NCBI GenBank assembly: GCA_964016885.1
Contig: OZ024742.1
Location: forward strand, 285,882,001-285,946,000
Origin: Eledone cirrhosa
Taxonomy: Eukaryota
Length of the DNA: 64,000 nt
Reading direction: 5' to 3'
Position 1 is the stretch's first letter. Each line of letters opens with the position of its first letter. Positions 1-12,361 of this stretch are shown in pieces. The position numbers were made by a program, and so were the translations under genes. A model generated the notes under the pieces. The model worked only from the letters and a program-made list of their open reading frames with translations. It was not told the origin of the DNA and ran no database searches.

Positions 1-83
1 TTTCAAGTCGCTGGCTGGACTAAAAGTCACACTCGTTCAGCGCATCGGTAGGAGTTCTCCTACATGGATATAAAGTAGTGGCC

Positions 84-87
<4 letters not shown>
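1..87 (+). mobile_element. 3' end of RTE-derived non-autonomous element (same family as 22036-23840)
   Basis: Reverse complement of ~22062-22150; encodes FKSLAGLKSHTRSAHR*, the tail of a C2H2-like motif. Confidence 0.75.
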
Positions 88-170
<83 letters not shown>

Positions 171-332
171 TAGATAAATATACACGGGTGTGTATGATTG
201 TGTATAGAAGATTATATTAATAAAAGGAATTCCAACTTTGTCTGATTTACTCGTTTTATTTACAATCCTTTTAAATTTATAATGGTATTAGAATGAAATA
301 GTATGATAGAATATTAAATGTTAAGTGTTCAT

Positions 333-371
333 TGAACAAGTACTTTCATACTTTCGCAATCTTCAGGTTCA
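333..371 (-). ncRNA. Minimal type-I hammerhead ribozyme motif (PLE pLTR type)
   Basis: Minus strand reads tgaac-CTGAAGA-t-tgc-gaaa-gta-t-GAAA-gtac-TT-gttca: stem I tgaac/gttca, palindromic stem III AAGTACTT. Confidence 0.75.
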
Positions 372-456
372 TGTGTGGTGACAGTCAAGTTTGCAATTTT
401 AAACTGTTTATATATATATATATATATATGATTATAGTTACAAGTATATATATATA

Positions 457-615
457 ACTGTTTCTACTTTTGGCACAAGGCCAGCAATTATCCAGTGCAT
501 TACTGGTACTTTATTTTATCGACCCCGTAAGGATGAAAGGCAAAGTCAACCTCGGCGGGATTTGAACTCAGATCGTAAAGGGACGCAACTATGTTGGAAA
601 GCATGGCGTCCGAGT
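457..615 (-). mobile_element. tRNA-derived SINE (dominant family)
   Basis: Reverse complement of the repeat at 15228-15418, including B-box GAGTTCAAATCC. Confidence 0.85.
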
Positions 616-616
616 G

Positions 617-707
617 GTAAGGAACCAGGTGGACCATAACATACCAGAGTCCAGAAATAGACGTCGAAACGAGTTGAGCTCTGCCGTCGGGGTCCTGACT
701 CTTTTCC

Positions 708-708
<1 letters not shown>
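617..708. mobile_element. Fold-back pLTR fragment, same family as 4174-4379
   Basis: 617-650 is antisense to ~4330-4365; 650-708 matches 4242-4299; ends in (TA)n. Confidence 0.7.
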
Positions 709-738
<30 letters not shown>

Positions 739-744
739 ATAATA

Positions 745-779
<35 letters not shown>

Positions 780-837
780 AATAGTTATAAGTATATATAT
801 ATATATATACACATATATATATATATACATATATATA

Positions 838-906
<69 letters not shown>

Positions 907-1007
907 TTATATATATGTGTTTGTGTATACTTTAATATTATTTCGATACTCATCTTATTTAGTATCCCACATTACAGTCTTTTGTAACTTTCCTTACTTC
1001 CTTGAAG

Positions 1008-1056
<49 letters not shown>

Positions 1057-1265
1057 CATCACCATCACCCCTACTACTACTGCCAATACCAACACCACTA
1101 CTACCATTACTACTGCCATCACTACCACCACCTTTACTACCACTACTGCTGCCATTACTCACACCACTACTACAATTACTACTACTACCATCACCACCAC
1201 CACCACCCCTACTACTCCCGCCACTACCATCACCACCTTCACCACCACCCCTACCATCACTACTT
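1008..1265. repeat. (CTA)n/(CCA)n trinucleotide low-complexity tract
   Basis: Direct reading; produces poly-T/L/S pseudo-ORFs. Confidence 0.95.
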
Positions 1266-1597
1266 CCTTGCCAACGTACCATCGGTCTATAGTGGCTTTG
1301 ACTGTGTTGTGGTATCAAATACTAAGTCAGATTAGGTGATATGCTAATCTGGTAAGATCAAAGAGGGAATTATGTGTCAAATGTCATCTAAAGCAAACTC
1401 TTTCAGAGGAATGAATTACAAAAATAAATAAATAAATAAATATATAAATACATAAATAAAAATGTCTCTAATCTTAAAAGATCTCACGAGACAATAGTTA
1501 CAGAAACAAAAAATAAATGGAGCAATGTGACAAATTTTAGTGAGAAAAATAAATGAAAAATGTTTCTGAATTTTCAAAACTGTCACGGGTTTTGTTA

Positions 1598-2290
1598 TTA
1601 ACCCTTTTGTACAGTTGCCATACTTCTAACGAAAACCATTGCCTCATCTTTTTTAAACAAATTTGAAAATAATCCAGAATTTGGAGTGGTTTAACTAATT
1701 TATTAAATTGGTGTTTCTGTCTTTATTAAGTTGGTGTCTGGTTCTTACATAAATAACGGAAAAATTTAAAGATAAATATAAATACTTTAACCCCTTCATT
1801 ACCATATTCCCAAGAAAGACACTGCATATATTACTTTCAAGTAATTTTGAAAATAATCCAGAATTTGGAGTGATTTAATAATATAACTAACTTAAGTTGG
1901 TGCCTGGGTCTCACATAAGTGACGGAAGAATTTAAGATAAATATAAGTACTTTAATCCCTTCATTACCATATTTCTAACAAAAGACATTCCTATAATTTT
2001 CAAATAATTTTGAAAATAATCAAGAAGCTGGAGAGATTTAATAACATGACTAAATTCTCGTTTTTACGCCGGTGTTTAGCAAATAATTTAATAAATGTTC
2101 TTATGTAAAATTATGATGCAAAACGTTTTGATAAATATGAAAACATTAACCCTTTTGTTACCACATTTCCAATAAAATACGCTAGCTATAATTTTCAAGA
2201 AATTTTGAAAATAATCAAGAATTTAAAGCGATTTAGTAATATAACTAATTTAATAAGGGTTCTTACATAAAATTATGATGGAAGGTTTTC
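1598..2290 (+). repeat. Degenerate ~180-bp tandem repeat (4 units), related dispersed copy at ~54170-54345
   Basis: Units start TTAA(C/T)CC at ~1598, 1787, 1952, 2147 and share ttttgaaaataatc..gaatt. Confidence 0.75.
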
Positions 2291-3788
2291 TTGCTCGGGG
2301 TCGATCTTTGGGTCTCCTGTCGGTTGGTTTTTCCCTTAAAATCTGTCCAGAAATTCTTTCCTGTGACATTCTAACCACACGCCCATATTATCGGAGCAGT
2401 AGGCTCTCAAGGACACAACGCACCACCTGAAATCGAACTAATGACCTGACGATCGTAAGCTGAACAGCCTAGTCACTAAGCCACGCTCCTTTGCATCTAA
2501 CACTAACAAAAATAACAACTGTCACAGGCTGTCATCGCATTCTATCGCTCTGAGAGAAGGCAACCGGTAGCATTAAAAATTAGCATTCAAAACGATGACA
2601 CAGACTGCCAACGCTCCTCGTATATTGATAGAAGTTGTCAAGCTGAACCCACAGCAGGCTGCAGATTTAGAATCTCTCTGTGATCGTCTCAAATCAGTTT
2701 TGACATGGACATATGTATGTATGGAATCGTAATTCCTGGAAGAGTTGTAGCAGTTTTGTTGTCGTGTCATACAACTAGTTCTGGGTAAAACCTGGTGAAA
2801 CCTATCTCGTCTTCAGGTCTAAACACAGGTCGATTTCTTTAACAGAAAGAAAAAGAGTGTGGTAGAGAGGAAATCAGAAAGAGATATAAAGGAAGAATCG
2901 ACCCCAGTAATAAACTGGTACTTTTTATCGAGCTCGAAAGGATGAATGACAAAATTGACTTCGGCGGGATTTGAACTCAGAGAGGAAAGCCGGAAAAGAT
3001 ATCTCAATGTATTCTATCCGACTTTCTCACCCCTCTGCCAATTCGCCTTCTTACACACACATACATACAAACTAAGTGCCAAACCGTATCGAAAGGCCTT
3101 TATAACAAGTATTTTTCGAGAAATATGAGGAATAATTTATAAGGATTTAAGAATCGATTCCAATACTAGACTATTACTTCTTTTAGCGACCTCGAAAGGA
3201 TGAAAGGCAAAGTTTATATCATATGTATATATGTTCGTACGTAAGTGTAGTCTTAAGTTGCTGGGTTTCGTTTCTCATTTACGAAAACGCTGCTATACTC
3301 CTGATCTATTCAACAATGTCTTTCGCAAGAATTCCAGGACGGTTTATTAACTTGAAAAACAAACAAATAATGAAATTGTTACAACAGGATGTTGACACGG
3401 TATGGGTGTTCAGTTGGGTTAGGGTTAATGTTCGCTGGATAAAAAGAAAGAAATGGAAGCGTTCCTAGTAGGAAGCTTTCTCATTGGTGTCTCAGTTGAG
3501 AATATATTAATCAAAGACATTCCCAATTTCCTCCATAAAATTGGAAATATAGCGGAATATGAGGAAGTAGCCCCATGAAGGGGTGTGGCAGTTGCAGCAG
3601 CTATCTCTGGCCATTCTCCACAGTAATTTCGAACTCAACTGGTTCTCGTCAGGGCGATATCTCCCGCTCTTGCAACTGCCGGACTTTGAAAACAGGTGAA
3701 ATATACAGTTTTTTCGTCTGTGTAAATGAGGGGATTAATCTCATTTGCATATAAAGCTGTATAAGTTGGTTCAACTTATAATAGAATA

Positions 3789-4110
3789 GAATTAGAATTT
3801 AACTTCGAACATAGCAGTATCAAATATGTATTTGAGTTTCGTATTTCTAAAGAAATACGGCATGTTTATAAATAAACATTTAGAAAGCCATAGCTATGAA
3901 TAACACACTGGCAGCTAACGCCATTCGAAATGAATCGACGATTGTCCCCCTTGCTTCTGCCGGGCACTGCCTGGTGGCGTTAGCTGCCAGTGTATTATTC
4001 ATAGCTATGGCTTTCTAAATGTTTATTTATAAACATACCGTATTTATTTAGAAATACGAAACTCAAATACATATTTGTATACAGCTATGTTCGAAGCTAA
4101 ATTCTAATTC
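3789..4110. repeat. Inverted repeat, ~135-bp arms with 51-bp spacer
   Basis: 3789-3923 is the reverse complement of 3975-4110 with a few mismatches; right end abuts (TA)n. Confidence 0.9.
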
Positions 4111-4129
4111 CATATATATATATATACTC

Positions 4130-4173
<44 letters not shown>

Positions 4174-4175
<2 letters not shown>

Positions 4176-4378
4176 GAAAAGGTATGACCCCGACAGCAGA
4201 GCTCAAGCCGTTTCGACGGCTATTTCTGGACTCAAATAGCTGTCCAGAAATAGCCGTCGAAACGGCTTGAGCTCTGCCGTCGGGGTCATACCTTTTCCTA
4301 TTACCCACTCTACTACCCTAAGTATTGAGTACTCTGGTGCGTTATGGTCCATCTGGTTCCTTACCACAATTCCTTCGT

Positions 4379-4379
<1 letters not shown>
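4174..4379 (+). mobile_element. Fold-back PLE pLTR insertion in (TA)n carrying the 3' half of a hammerhead
   Basis: 4174-4231 is inverted against 4242-4299; GAAAC-GGC...GCC-GTC stem III and cleavage triplet; flanked by TA repeats. Confidence 0.75.
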
Positions 4380-4412
<33 letters not shown>

Positions 4413-4417
4413 ATATA

Positions 4418-4483
<66 letters not shown>

Positions 4484-5299
4484 TGTGTGTGTGTGTGTGT
4501 GCCTGCGTACGTGTGCGTGTGTGTGTGTACCTAAATGTATGTTAATACCCAAAGGAAGCCACATACGTACATATAAAAACTGTTATTTTAGAAATCAATC
4601 TCTCGTGTGTCAGACAGTTTATACAAACAAGGATATAGATTGTTATCAACCTATGTTGCATTTATAATTTAATCCTGAATATATTTTCATATCAGTAGTT
4701 TCTATCATTTTACTTTATACTTTCTAATTTCTATCTCATGAATGTGAATAGATTGTCATCTACAGAAACATCATCTTGCCTCTTCATATCAATGTAATTT
4801 TTGTTGACGATCGATGCTGCTGTCTTCTTTTGTCTTCTATTAGTATTCATATTATTAATATTATTATTATTATATTAAATGGGTGGTATATTGGCAGTGT
4901 CGGTAGGGCGTCGGAAAAATGGTTTGTGGCATATAGTTATGTCCCTGTACGTTCTGAATTCAAACCCCCTAGGTTGTCTTTGCCTTTCATCCTTACGGGG
5001 TCGATAAAATAAAGTACCAGTAACGCACTGGCGTCGATTTAATCGTCACCCTAAATTGTTACTTTGTGCCTGAATCAAAAAATCATTATTAAGGTGGTGA
5101 CTTGGCAGCATCGGTTGAACCTTGGACAATATGCTTTGCGGCATAGAGCTACGTCGCGAAGTATTTTCTACCATCACCCCAGCTTTGTCAAACCGTTGTA
5201 AGAACTGTGATACTGACGAGAACTGTGTAGAACTCTGTCTGAAAGTCCATTCTTGTATATAGATCATACACTTTATTTGGCGCCCCTTTTAACAACACC

Positions 5300-5850
5300 A
5301 CTTGCCCTTGGATATCATTAGCTGAGCTTGGTAAGTTAGTCTGGGCGTGGTTGTCATTTCCTGATCTCGGTAAGTTAGGCTGGGCTTGGATATCATTAGC
5401 TAAGCTCAGTAAGTTAACGTGGGCTTGGATATCATTATCTAAGCTCAGCAAGTTAGTCAGGGCTTGGATGTCATTAGCTGAGCTCAGTAAGTTGAGCTGG
5501 GCTTGGTTGTCATTAGCTGAGCTCAGTAAGTTAATGTAGGCTAGGATATCATTAGCTAAGCTCGGTAAGTTAAGCTGGGCTTGGGTGTCCTTAGCTGAGC
5601 TCAGTAAGTTAAGCTGGGTTCGGATGTCATTAGCTGAGCTCAATAAGTTCTTCAGGGCTTGGTTATCATTAGCTGAGCTCGGTAAGTTAGTCTGGGCTTG
5701 GATGTCATAAGATGAGCTCGGTAAGTTAGGTTGGGCTTGGATGTCATTAGATGAGTTCGGTAAGTTAGGCTGGGCTTGGATGTTATTAGAGGAGCTCGGT
5801 AAGTTAGGCTGGGCTTGGTTGCAATTAGCTAAGCTCAGTAAGTTAAGCTA
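5300..5850. repeat. 39-bp minisatellite, about 14 units
   Basis: Unit ggatrtcattagctgagctcrgtaagttaggctgggctt; minus frame gives a 13-aa repeat SSANDIQAQLNLL. Confidence 0.95.
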
Positions 5851-7180
5851 AATCTTTGCCCAAGAATTATTTTTGTTTTATTCAAACTAGTTTGTGGTTG
5901 ACCTAGAAAAAATAATGGCACTACAGATTTTAAAAATACCCAGGACACGATGTATTTCACTGCGATGCTCCGAGGGTTCAACACCCGTAAACGCGTACAT
6001 CCAGTTTCTGGTTTTAAGGCGGTGAGTTGATACAATCATTACGGCGTCGGATTAAAGATACCTTGGTATTTTTTCTGGCTCATTACGTTATGAGTTCAAC
6101 TCGCACCGCGGTCAACTTTGCCTTTTATCTATTCGGGGCCCTTAATTTAACTACTAGTCCAATACTGAAGTCGATCTTTTCCTCTATCTCTTATTATCAC
6201 TTCCTTCTTTTATTTTTTTTTATTTTTCTCTGGAAGAAATTGATTGTTCCGATTTGTGTGTCAGGACGGCGCCCCTGCGATTCTATCAGGTGTTAGGATT
6301 CCTTTACCTTAGTATCTCGCTGGTCCTGAAAAGCCATCAAGGTGCTGCCATCCTCGTCTTACTGACTAAGCCATTACAACCCCACTTACACCAAAAAAAG
6401 GAAGAAGAAAGAAAATGAAACATGAATAATTAAACAACACTAATTTAGATTTTTTTTTTCATTCCAGCAAAATTTACCATTTTTTTTTTTATTCAGCCTG
6501 AAATATCATTCCAACTGTGATAATCCAGTTTGAAAAAGAAGACAAAAATCACAAAAGAAATCATAAACACAAACAAATAAATCAGTGTTTCTTCTGTTAG
6601 TCACGTGATCATTGGATCAGATGGCGCTAATTGTTAGCAAGAGTAACTGAGTAGGTTTAATTGTTTTGATTCTATTATATATATATATATATTGTTTTAC
6701 ATCTCTCTCTCTCGTTCTTTAAAACATTTCTCTAAAGTCAACGACAACCAATCAACTACTTATAATTCCAATCAATATTTCCCTGTGGACAAAAACCAAA
6801 CCAGGCTTTCTATTTTTTATTTTTTTATTTTATTTATATTTTGTTTTCTTCTTATTCCAAAAGGTGGATGTTAAATAGGTTTCTATCGTCAAATCAATCA
6901 ATTAAATGAGATCGGAAATAATTGTGATTTCAGAAAATGTCACATGCCTCTAGTAATTAAATTATAACACGAAATTTTAATTTTAAGACAATTTTATGCA
7001 TTTTTTTTCTCTCTTTTTTTTTTTATTTAAATAGTTCAAGAATTATGAAGCGTTGTATTTTTTAAAATCTCGTATGTGTGGGGGTATGGGCAGGCGATTG
7101 GGTAAATGAAATAAAAATACTCAATACAATTAAATTAAACTTTATAGATTTTATTTCACATTTTCAGTTTAAAAAATTAT

Positions 7181-7337
<157 letters not shown>

Positions 7338-7541
7338 ATTTCTGTATTAAATGCATATATATATACATATATATATATACAGTATATATATATATACAGT
7401 GTATATATATATATATGTGTGTGTGTGTGTGCGTGTATGTATGTGTGTGTGTGTGTTTAACTCTGCAATGGCCGGTGTCTTGTCCAAAGGTTAGTCTTGA
7501 ACCCTCATTCGCTTCACCCCACGGAAACCAGGAAAAGCCCC

Positions 7542-7588
7542 AGCCTGATGATCCATCGGACTCGAGACAGACTTTAGAAGTTGTCGCT
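7542..7588 (+). ncRNA. Degenerate hammerhead-like motif
   Basis: agc-CTGATGA-tcc-atc-gga-ctc-GAGA-cag...ttg-TC-gct; GAAA altered to GAGA. Confidence 0.45.
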
Positions 7589-7659
7589 ATCAATCGGAAA
7601 ATTTATTCCGTGGCATTCCTCGCTTTCTACGACCTCGTTTCCATTATAAAATTGTTAAA

Positions 7660-7927
7660 GTGAAATGGAGCTATTTTTTCGTTGGAGATTGCCTGGCCAA
7701 ATTCTAGATTATATTACGAGACATTTCCACTCATTTGCCTTTTATTTCGAAGTTATACAATAAAACCATTCAAATTCGATTTAGCCCTTTGAAATTACAA
7801 ATGATGGAAGGAAATCTGGGCTCCGAAATGGAATATTATATGAACATAATGCTATAAAAGTTTATTCCAAAATAAGCACCAATCTTTAAAATAACAAAAA
7901 AGCTACATCTATTTTCACACCAGCCCA
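7660..7927 (+). mobile_element. Possible mariner-like transposon 3' remnant
   Basis: Degenerate KL..RW....NG.Y-like coding stretch and a TIR-like end ttttcacaccagcccaTA. Confidence 0.35.
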
Positions 7928-8091
7928 TATATATATATATATATATAACCAAAGATTAGTATGGTTCATTGATTACTCAATGAATATAGTTTTACAATAG
8001 ATTAAAAGCACGCTACAAGGAAGTTTTCTGGAGTTATTAATATTATTCGGAATATTAATAAATGAAGACATTCACATAATCAAAATACATG

Positions 8092-8157
8092 TTTTATTAT
8101 ATATATTTCCAAGGTACTGTGCTGTTTTTTCAGTACATCCTCCCTCGTCAGATAAAA
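8092..8157 (-). ncRNA. Hammerhead ribozyme motif in a pLTR remnant (~7945-8220) between TA tracts
   Basis: ttttat-CTGACGA-ggg...gtactg/cagtac...cttg-GAAA-tatata-TA-ataaaa; diverged relative of the 12296-12361 motif. Confidence 0.7.
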
Positions 8158-8218
8158 TACATGAATTGATGTATGACATACCTCAACGGTGTTGATGGTT
8201 CAATTCCAGTATTGGCAG

Positions 8219-8316
<98 letters not shown>

Positions 8317-8630
8317 CGTGTAGATATATGCATGCAAATATGAGTTTGCGTGCGTGTAGATATATGCATGCAAATATGAGTGTGCGTGCAAATATGTATA
8401 TGTATATAGGTGTGTGTATATATATATATGTACGTATATATATTTGTAAACGTACTAGTATATATGCATATATATGTACATGTGGTGCTATTAGATTATA
8501 CTTGGCCTGTATTGGTCGAAACCTATCTAAGTCATATATATGAGTGTGTGTGTATATATGTATGTCTCTCTCCCCCTCTCTCTCTTTATATATATATATG
8601 CTTATATATATATATATATATATATATATA

Positions 8631-8692
<62 letters not shown>

Positions 8693-8703
8693 TAACAGAT
8701 TAA

Positions 8704-8754
8704 AGTTTAAGCAAAGAATCGCTGCTTTCACCCTTAACGGGATCTTCTGAAACT
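8704..8754 (-). ncRNA. Hammerhead ribozyme motif with variant core CAGAAGA
   Basis: agttt-CAGAAGA-t-ccc-gttaa-ggg-t-GAAA-gca...tgc-TT-aaact; same core in copies at 19534 and 33715. Confidence 0.75.
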
Positions 8755-9682
8755 AACAAAGTCAATCTGTAAACGCAGAACTGGATATTTCAAAAAACGT
8801 TGCAGCCGGAGGAAGACAGGAAGACGATACTTTGGTTCGTGGTGACGTTCGCTGGCAAAGAACAGGAAAAAACGAATAATACGTCATTAATAGGAGCGGT
8901 GAAAAACAATTACGCGCAAAGACAGAACCACGTTTATGATATAAAAGAGGTCGTAGACTAATGTTCTCTTAGGTGGTGCATAGAGACGTTCTCTGGCAAT
9001 GAACGAAAAAACGAAGATAATAAGTCATATGTGGAGCGTGGAGAACAATAGCACGCAAAGACAAAACCACGTAAATGGTATAGCAGAAGTTGTAGACTAA
9101 AATTCTAACTAGGAGACCAAATGAATCTCCGCTACAGAGTTAAGAACAAAGTAAATAAATACAATACAGAAGTAATAGAAACAAATAAATACATACACGC
9201 AAACAGATACGTACATACACAAGCATGCGCAAAACCTTACCATAGGTATACAAAACCACGCACATATAAATATGTGTGTGTGTGTATGCTTGTGTACAAA
9301 TAAATAAATAATTATATAAACATATATAAGTAAATAAATACGTATATAACAAGCGCACACACATACCTACAAATAAATACATGAAGGTTCGGAGACGTAA
9401 GTCAACTAAAACAAGAAGTACACATATACACACACCCGCCATACGTACGAACCTGCATACTCGCGCAGACGCAAAACTCCCGTATACACATAGCCGAACC
9501 CTAAATACCAGAATATGTCAACATTATACGCCATAACAGTCAAATATACGTACGAGAAGGTATACATCCCTTCACAAAACATACGGGTAATATATACTTA
9601 CCTATGCAAATAAGTAAAGGAATAAACAAAACATATACTTAGCTCCCACATCAAGACGTAAAATATCCAGGTATAGATCGTG

Positions 9683-11758
9683 TTATCCGTTAGGGTATAA
9701 CGTGGGGCTGTAATACAGGAAAGTTTTGTGCAATTTATGTTTACAAGCCGAAATTGCCTCAGATTTTTTGTTTAAGATGTGGTCTGTGGCGTAGAGTATT
9801 TCCAGGGCCTCAGCGGCGCAGAGGTCACATGGTTTTTTATTTCCGTTATACGATCTAGCCCTAGCTAGGATCTCCCAGTGTAACTTATGTTGGGTGTGGT
9901 TGTCTTTTAGACTCCAGATATAAGCTGAAAGTGACGTCATATTCCTTCTTAGAGGGTAACGAAAAGAATGGGTATGCATGTAAAGACGCTGCTTGAAACT
10001 ATTGGCGGTTAACCCTATGTAGGCCCTACTGGACGTGGGTGTTACAACCTTACATTTGTAGACAATGTTACTAGAGAGACATTTCCCGGATAGGGGGCAA
10101 TCAGCCCGATTCTTACAATTACAGTTAGTACTAACTACAGGGTTGCACGTGTTCCTACGGCTAGGTAGTTTAGCTAAATTTGAAGCTGTGATGTTATGTG
10201 CAAGGTTAGGAGTCGTAGAGTAAGAAATTTTAATGGTATTTCTATTAAAAATGTTACTATATTTATGTGTAGGGGAAAATGCTTCGTAATAAGGGAAAGA
10301 AAGATCTTAGCTAATGGTGTGGCCACCTCCATATTATATGGTGGGTTATACCAACACATGCGACGGGATCTATTTCTTCTAGGTCTATTTTCGTACTCTG
10401 TATATGCTACATTATCGACAAATCCACTTCGAGCAAGAGCTTCATTTTAATAAGTGGAATGGTCGTTGAAAATACGCTCGTTGGTGGAAAGACGGGAAAG
10501 CCTCAACGAAACGTTTCTTACCAGGTTCTTGGTTATGCTGGCAGGATGGTTGGAATGCTTACTTATGTAATTAAGCGTATCATTCGGCTTTCTATACGGG
10601 TAATACAACCCATTCAATAAATTGAGGGTAACGTCGAGGTAATTAACGACCGAGAGATTGGCCTCAACCTGTATAGAGAGGTTGAAGCCTCTTTTCTGAA
10701 CCTGTCGCAAGCACGAGGTCCGCACTTAGTCATGGTCAAAAGACCGTCGTCACGGTACAAACCACCGCCCGCGTTGGGGAATTCGTCCTTGATAGAGAAA
10801 AGAAGGAAAAGGCCAATAAGATCAGTAACCTCCGCAGAGTTACTGGCGCCCATACTCACGTCGAATGGGGTACTATTGGATTTTTTAATCCAAATAGAGT
10901 CGTCGAAATTAATCACCGACTTCGAAATCCTTAACCACTGTGAGTGTTTTAGCGAAATTGATAGCTCTAAGGAGAAGTGATGGAGGAGTAGTAATTGTTG
11001 ATGTCGAATTGGATAAAACGGCAATGTTCCTTGTTACATATGCCGTTGAACCAATCAATCACCGCGAAAGAATTGTTCCACAGTGCGAGAGGGGCCAAAC
11101 TTCTAATTTCAGGTATAATTCTATCAAGAATCGTTTTACTAAGTATACCCAAATCGGACTTCGTAGGGTTAATAAGCCGAATAGAGGGGTTGTTCGGAAA
11201 ATTGGATTTGTGGTCCTTCAGGGTAAAGTGGGGAGAGATAGGGTCCAGAGGTTCGGTCCGGTCCAGGATGTTGAGATCAGATGTGATTTTAAACCCAGCA
11301 TCGTTGATTTCATTGATGACACACCGATTAGTTTTACGGTAATCCTTAGTTACAGCATTATGTAGTAGTTGATGGTAAGTACTGCGCTCCACTTGATATA
11401 GGTTGCCAGTTTTGTCGGAATGGACGTGCACGGCGTTAGAATCCTTAATAGAACGAATTCTATTCTTCAGGTCTTGCTGGAAGGAATTGCTCCTATTCCG
11501 AAATTTGATACTCCGAATGAGTTCCAAGACATGATTTTCGAAGGGTAGCAATGCTGGGTTCCACGGAGGGTTATTATAGGTTTTAAATCCAAATTTATCC
11601 TGTTTGTTGTCTGCTTTTCGCGGATTATCGAAATAAAAGGCACGCCACCGCAACCTTTTAATGAACGCGTCTGTTTTCTGTATCAGGAGTTTTAGGTATG
11701 TTTTCCTGCTTGGTACTGGTATATTCTTTGTAGAAATATTCAGATGTTGTTTCTGCAT
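9683..11758 (-). pseudogene. Naiad-type PLE reverse transcriptase/GIY-YIG endonuclease, with frameshifts and a stop
   Basis: Consecutive ORF pieces: KNIPVPS..FIKRLRW, SDKTGNLY, FIQFDINNYYSSI, MGASNSAEV..GLYRDDGL, NYLDVTLNL, WYNPPYN, CNC..CPLSGKC, IVY..AYIGLT, CDLC..E, CKH. Confidence 0.92.
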
Positions 11759-12138
11759 GATGAATATAAGTCAGTAGAGTGCTCAACCGAAGGAGCCAAA
11801 TAGTAATAATAATAAAATTGAAGACTAAAATCCAAAGAGGGCTCGATAAGGAAAATATATATCAAATATATAAGAACCGTAGAGCAAATATTTATTAAAA
11901 TATATATATACGTGTTGTACAGTGTCTCACCATATGCTTAAATGCTGGTAGTATGAACATAAAATTGCTGTCATTACTTCCAAGAAACAAGAGTGTATTA
12001 TTGTAATGCTAACATATATATAAATTACAAAATACCAACAGACCATAATGTCTTCATAAGTGTGTCGTCTGTTCTGAACGTCTGCAGTGAGTACAGTAAA
12101 ACATGCACGTACACACCAACATATAAATGGATGATGAC

Positions 12139-12172
<34 letters not shown>

Positions 12173-12295
12173 CAGAGGTTATATTTAATTTGTTGGGATT
12201 CAACATTTTTATAACTGATATAAAGCACTCAACAGTTTAGTGGAGTAAATACACAATATATTAATAAATGGAATCTATATTTATAAAACTATATT

Positions 12296-12361
12296 TATTT
12301 TATTATATATATTTCAAAGGCAACCAAGGCAAATTATGGTGCGCTTTCATCAGATAAAATA
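12296..12361 (-). ncRNA. Type-I hammerhead ribozyme motif
   Basis: tattttat-CTGATGA-aag...ctt-t-GAAA-tatata-TA-ataaaata; the mirror copy at 15123-15178 (+) has lost stem III. Confidence 0.8.

Larger units (their letters stand above)
8687..11900 (-). mobile_element. Near full-length Penelope-like element (Naiad-type) inserted in (TA)n
   Basis: RT and GIY-YIG coding region, ~1-kb 3' UTR with a hammerhead, TA tracts on both sides. Confidence 0.9.

Noticed and set aside
546-1339. ORFs rich in YI, CV, HT, poly-T/L/V here and throughout the window
   Set aside because: Translations of (TA)n, (CA)n and trinucleotide microsatellites.
2765-2820. Possible minus-strand terminal exon (PEDEIGFTRFYPELVV*)
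   Set aside because: Too short, no recognisable homology and no phase-compatible upstream exon found.
5300-5850. CRISPR-like appearance of the 39-bp and 19-bp (25724) arrays
   Set aside because: Units are contiguous with no unique spacers, there are no cas genes, and the context is eukaryotic.
9683-10450. Selenocysteine recoding, known for some Naiad elements
   Set aside because: The Cys positions read here and in 13845-14138 are ordinary Cys codons; the stop at 10447 is TAA at a Tyr-like position, and the TGA at ~63785 falls at an aromatic position in a decayed fragment.
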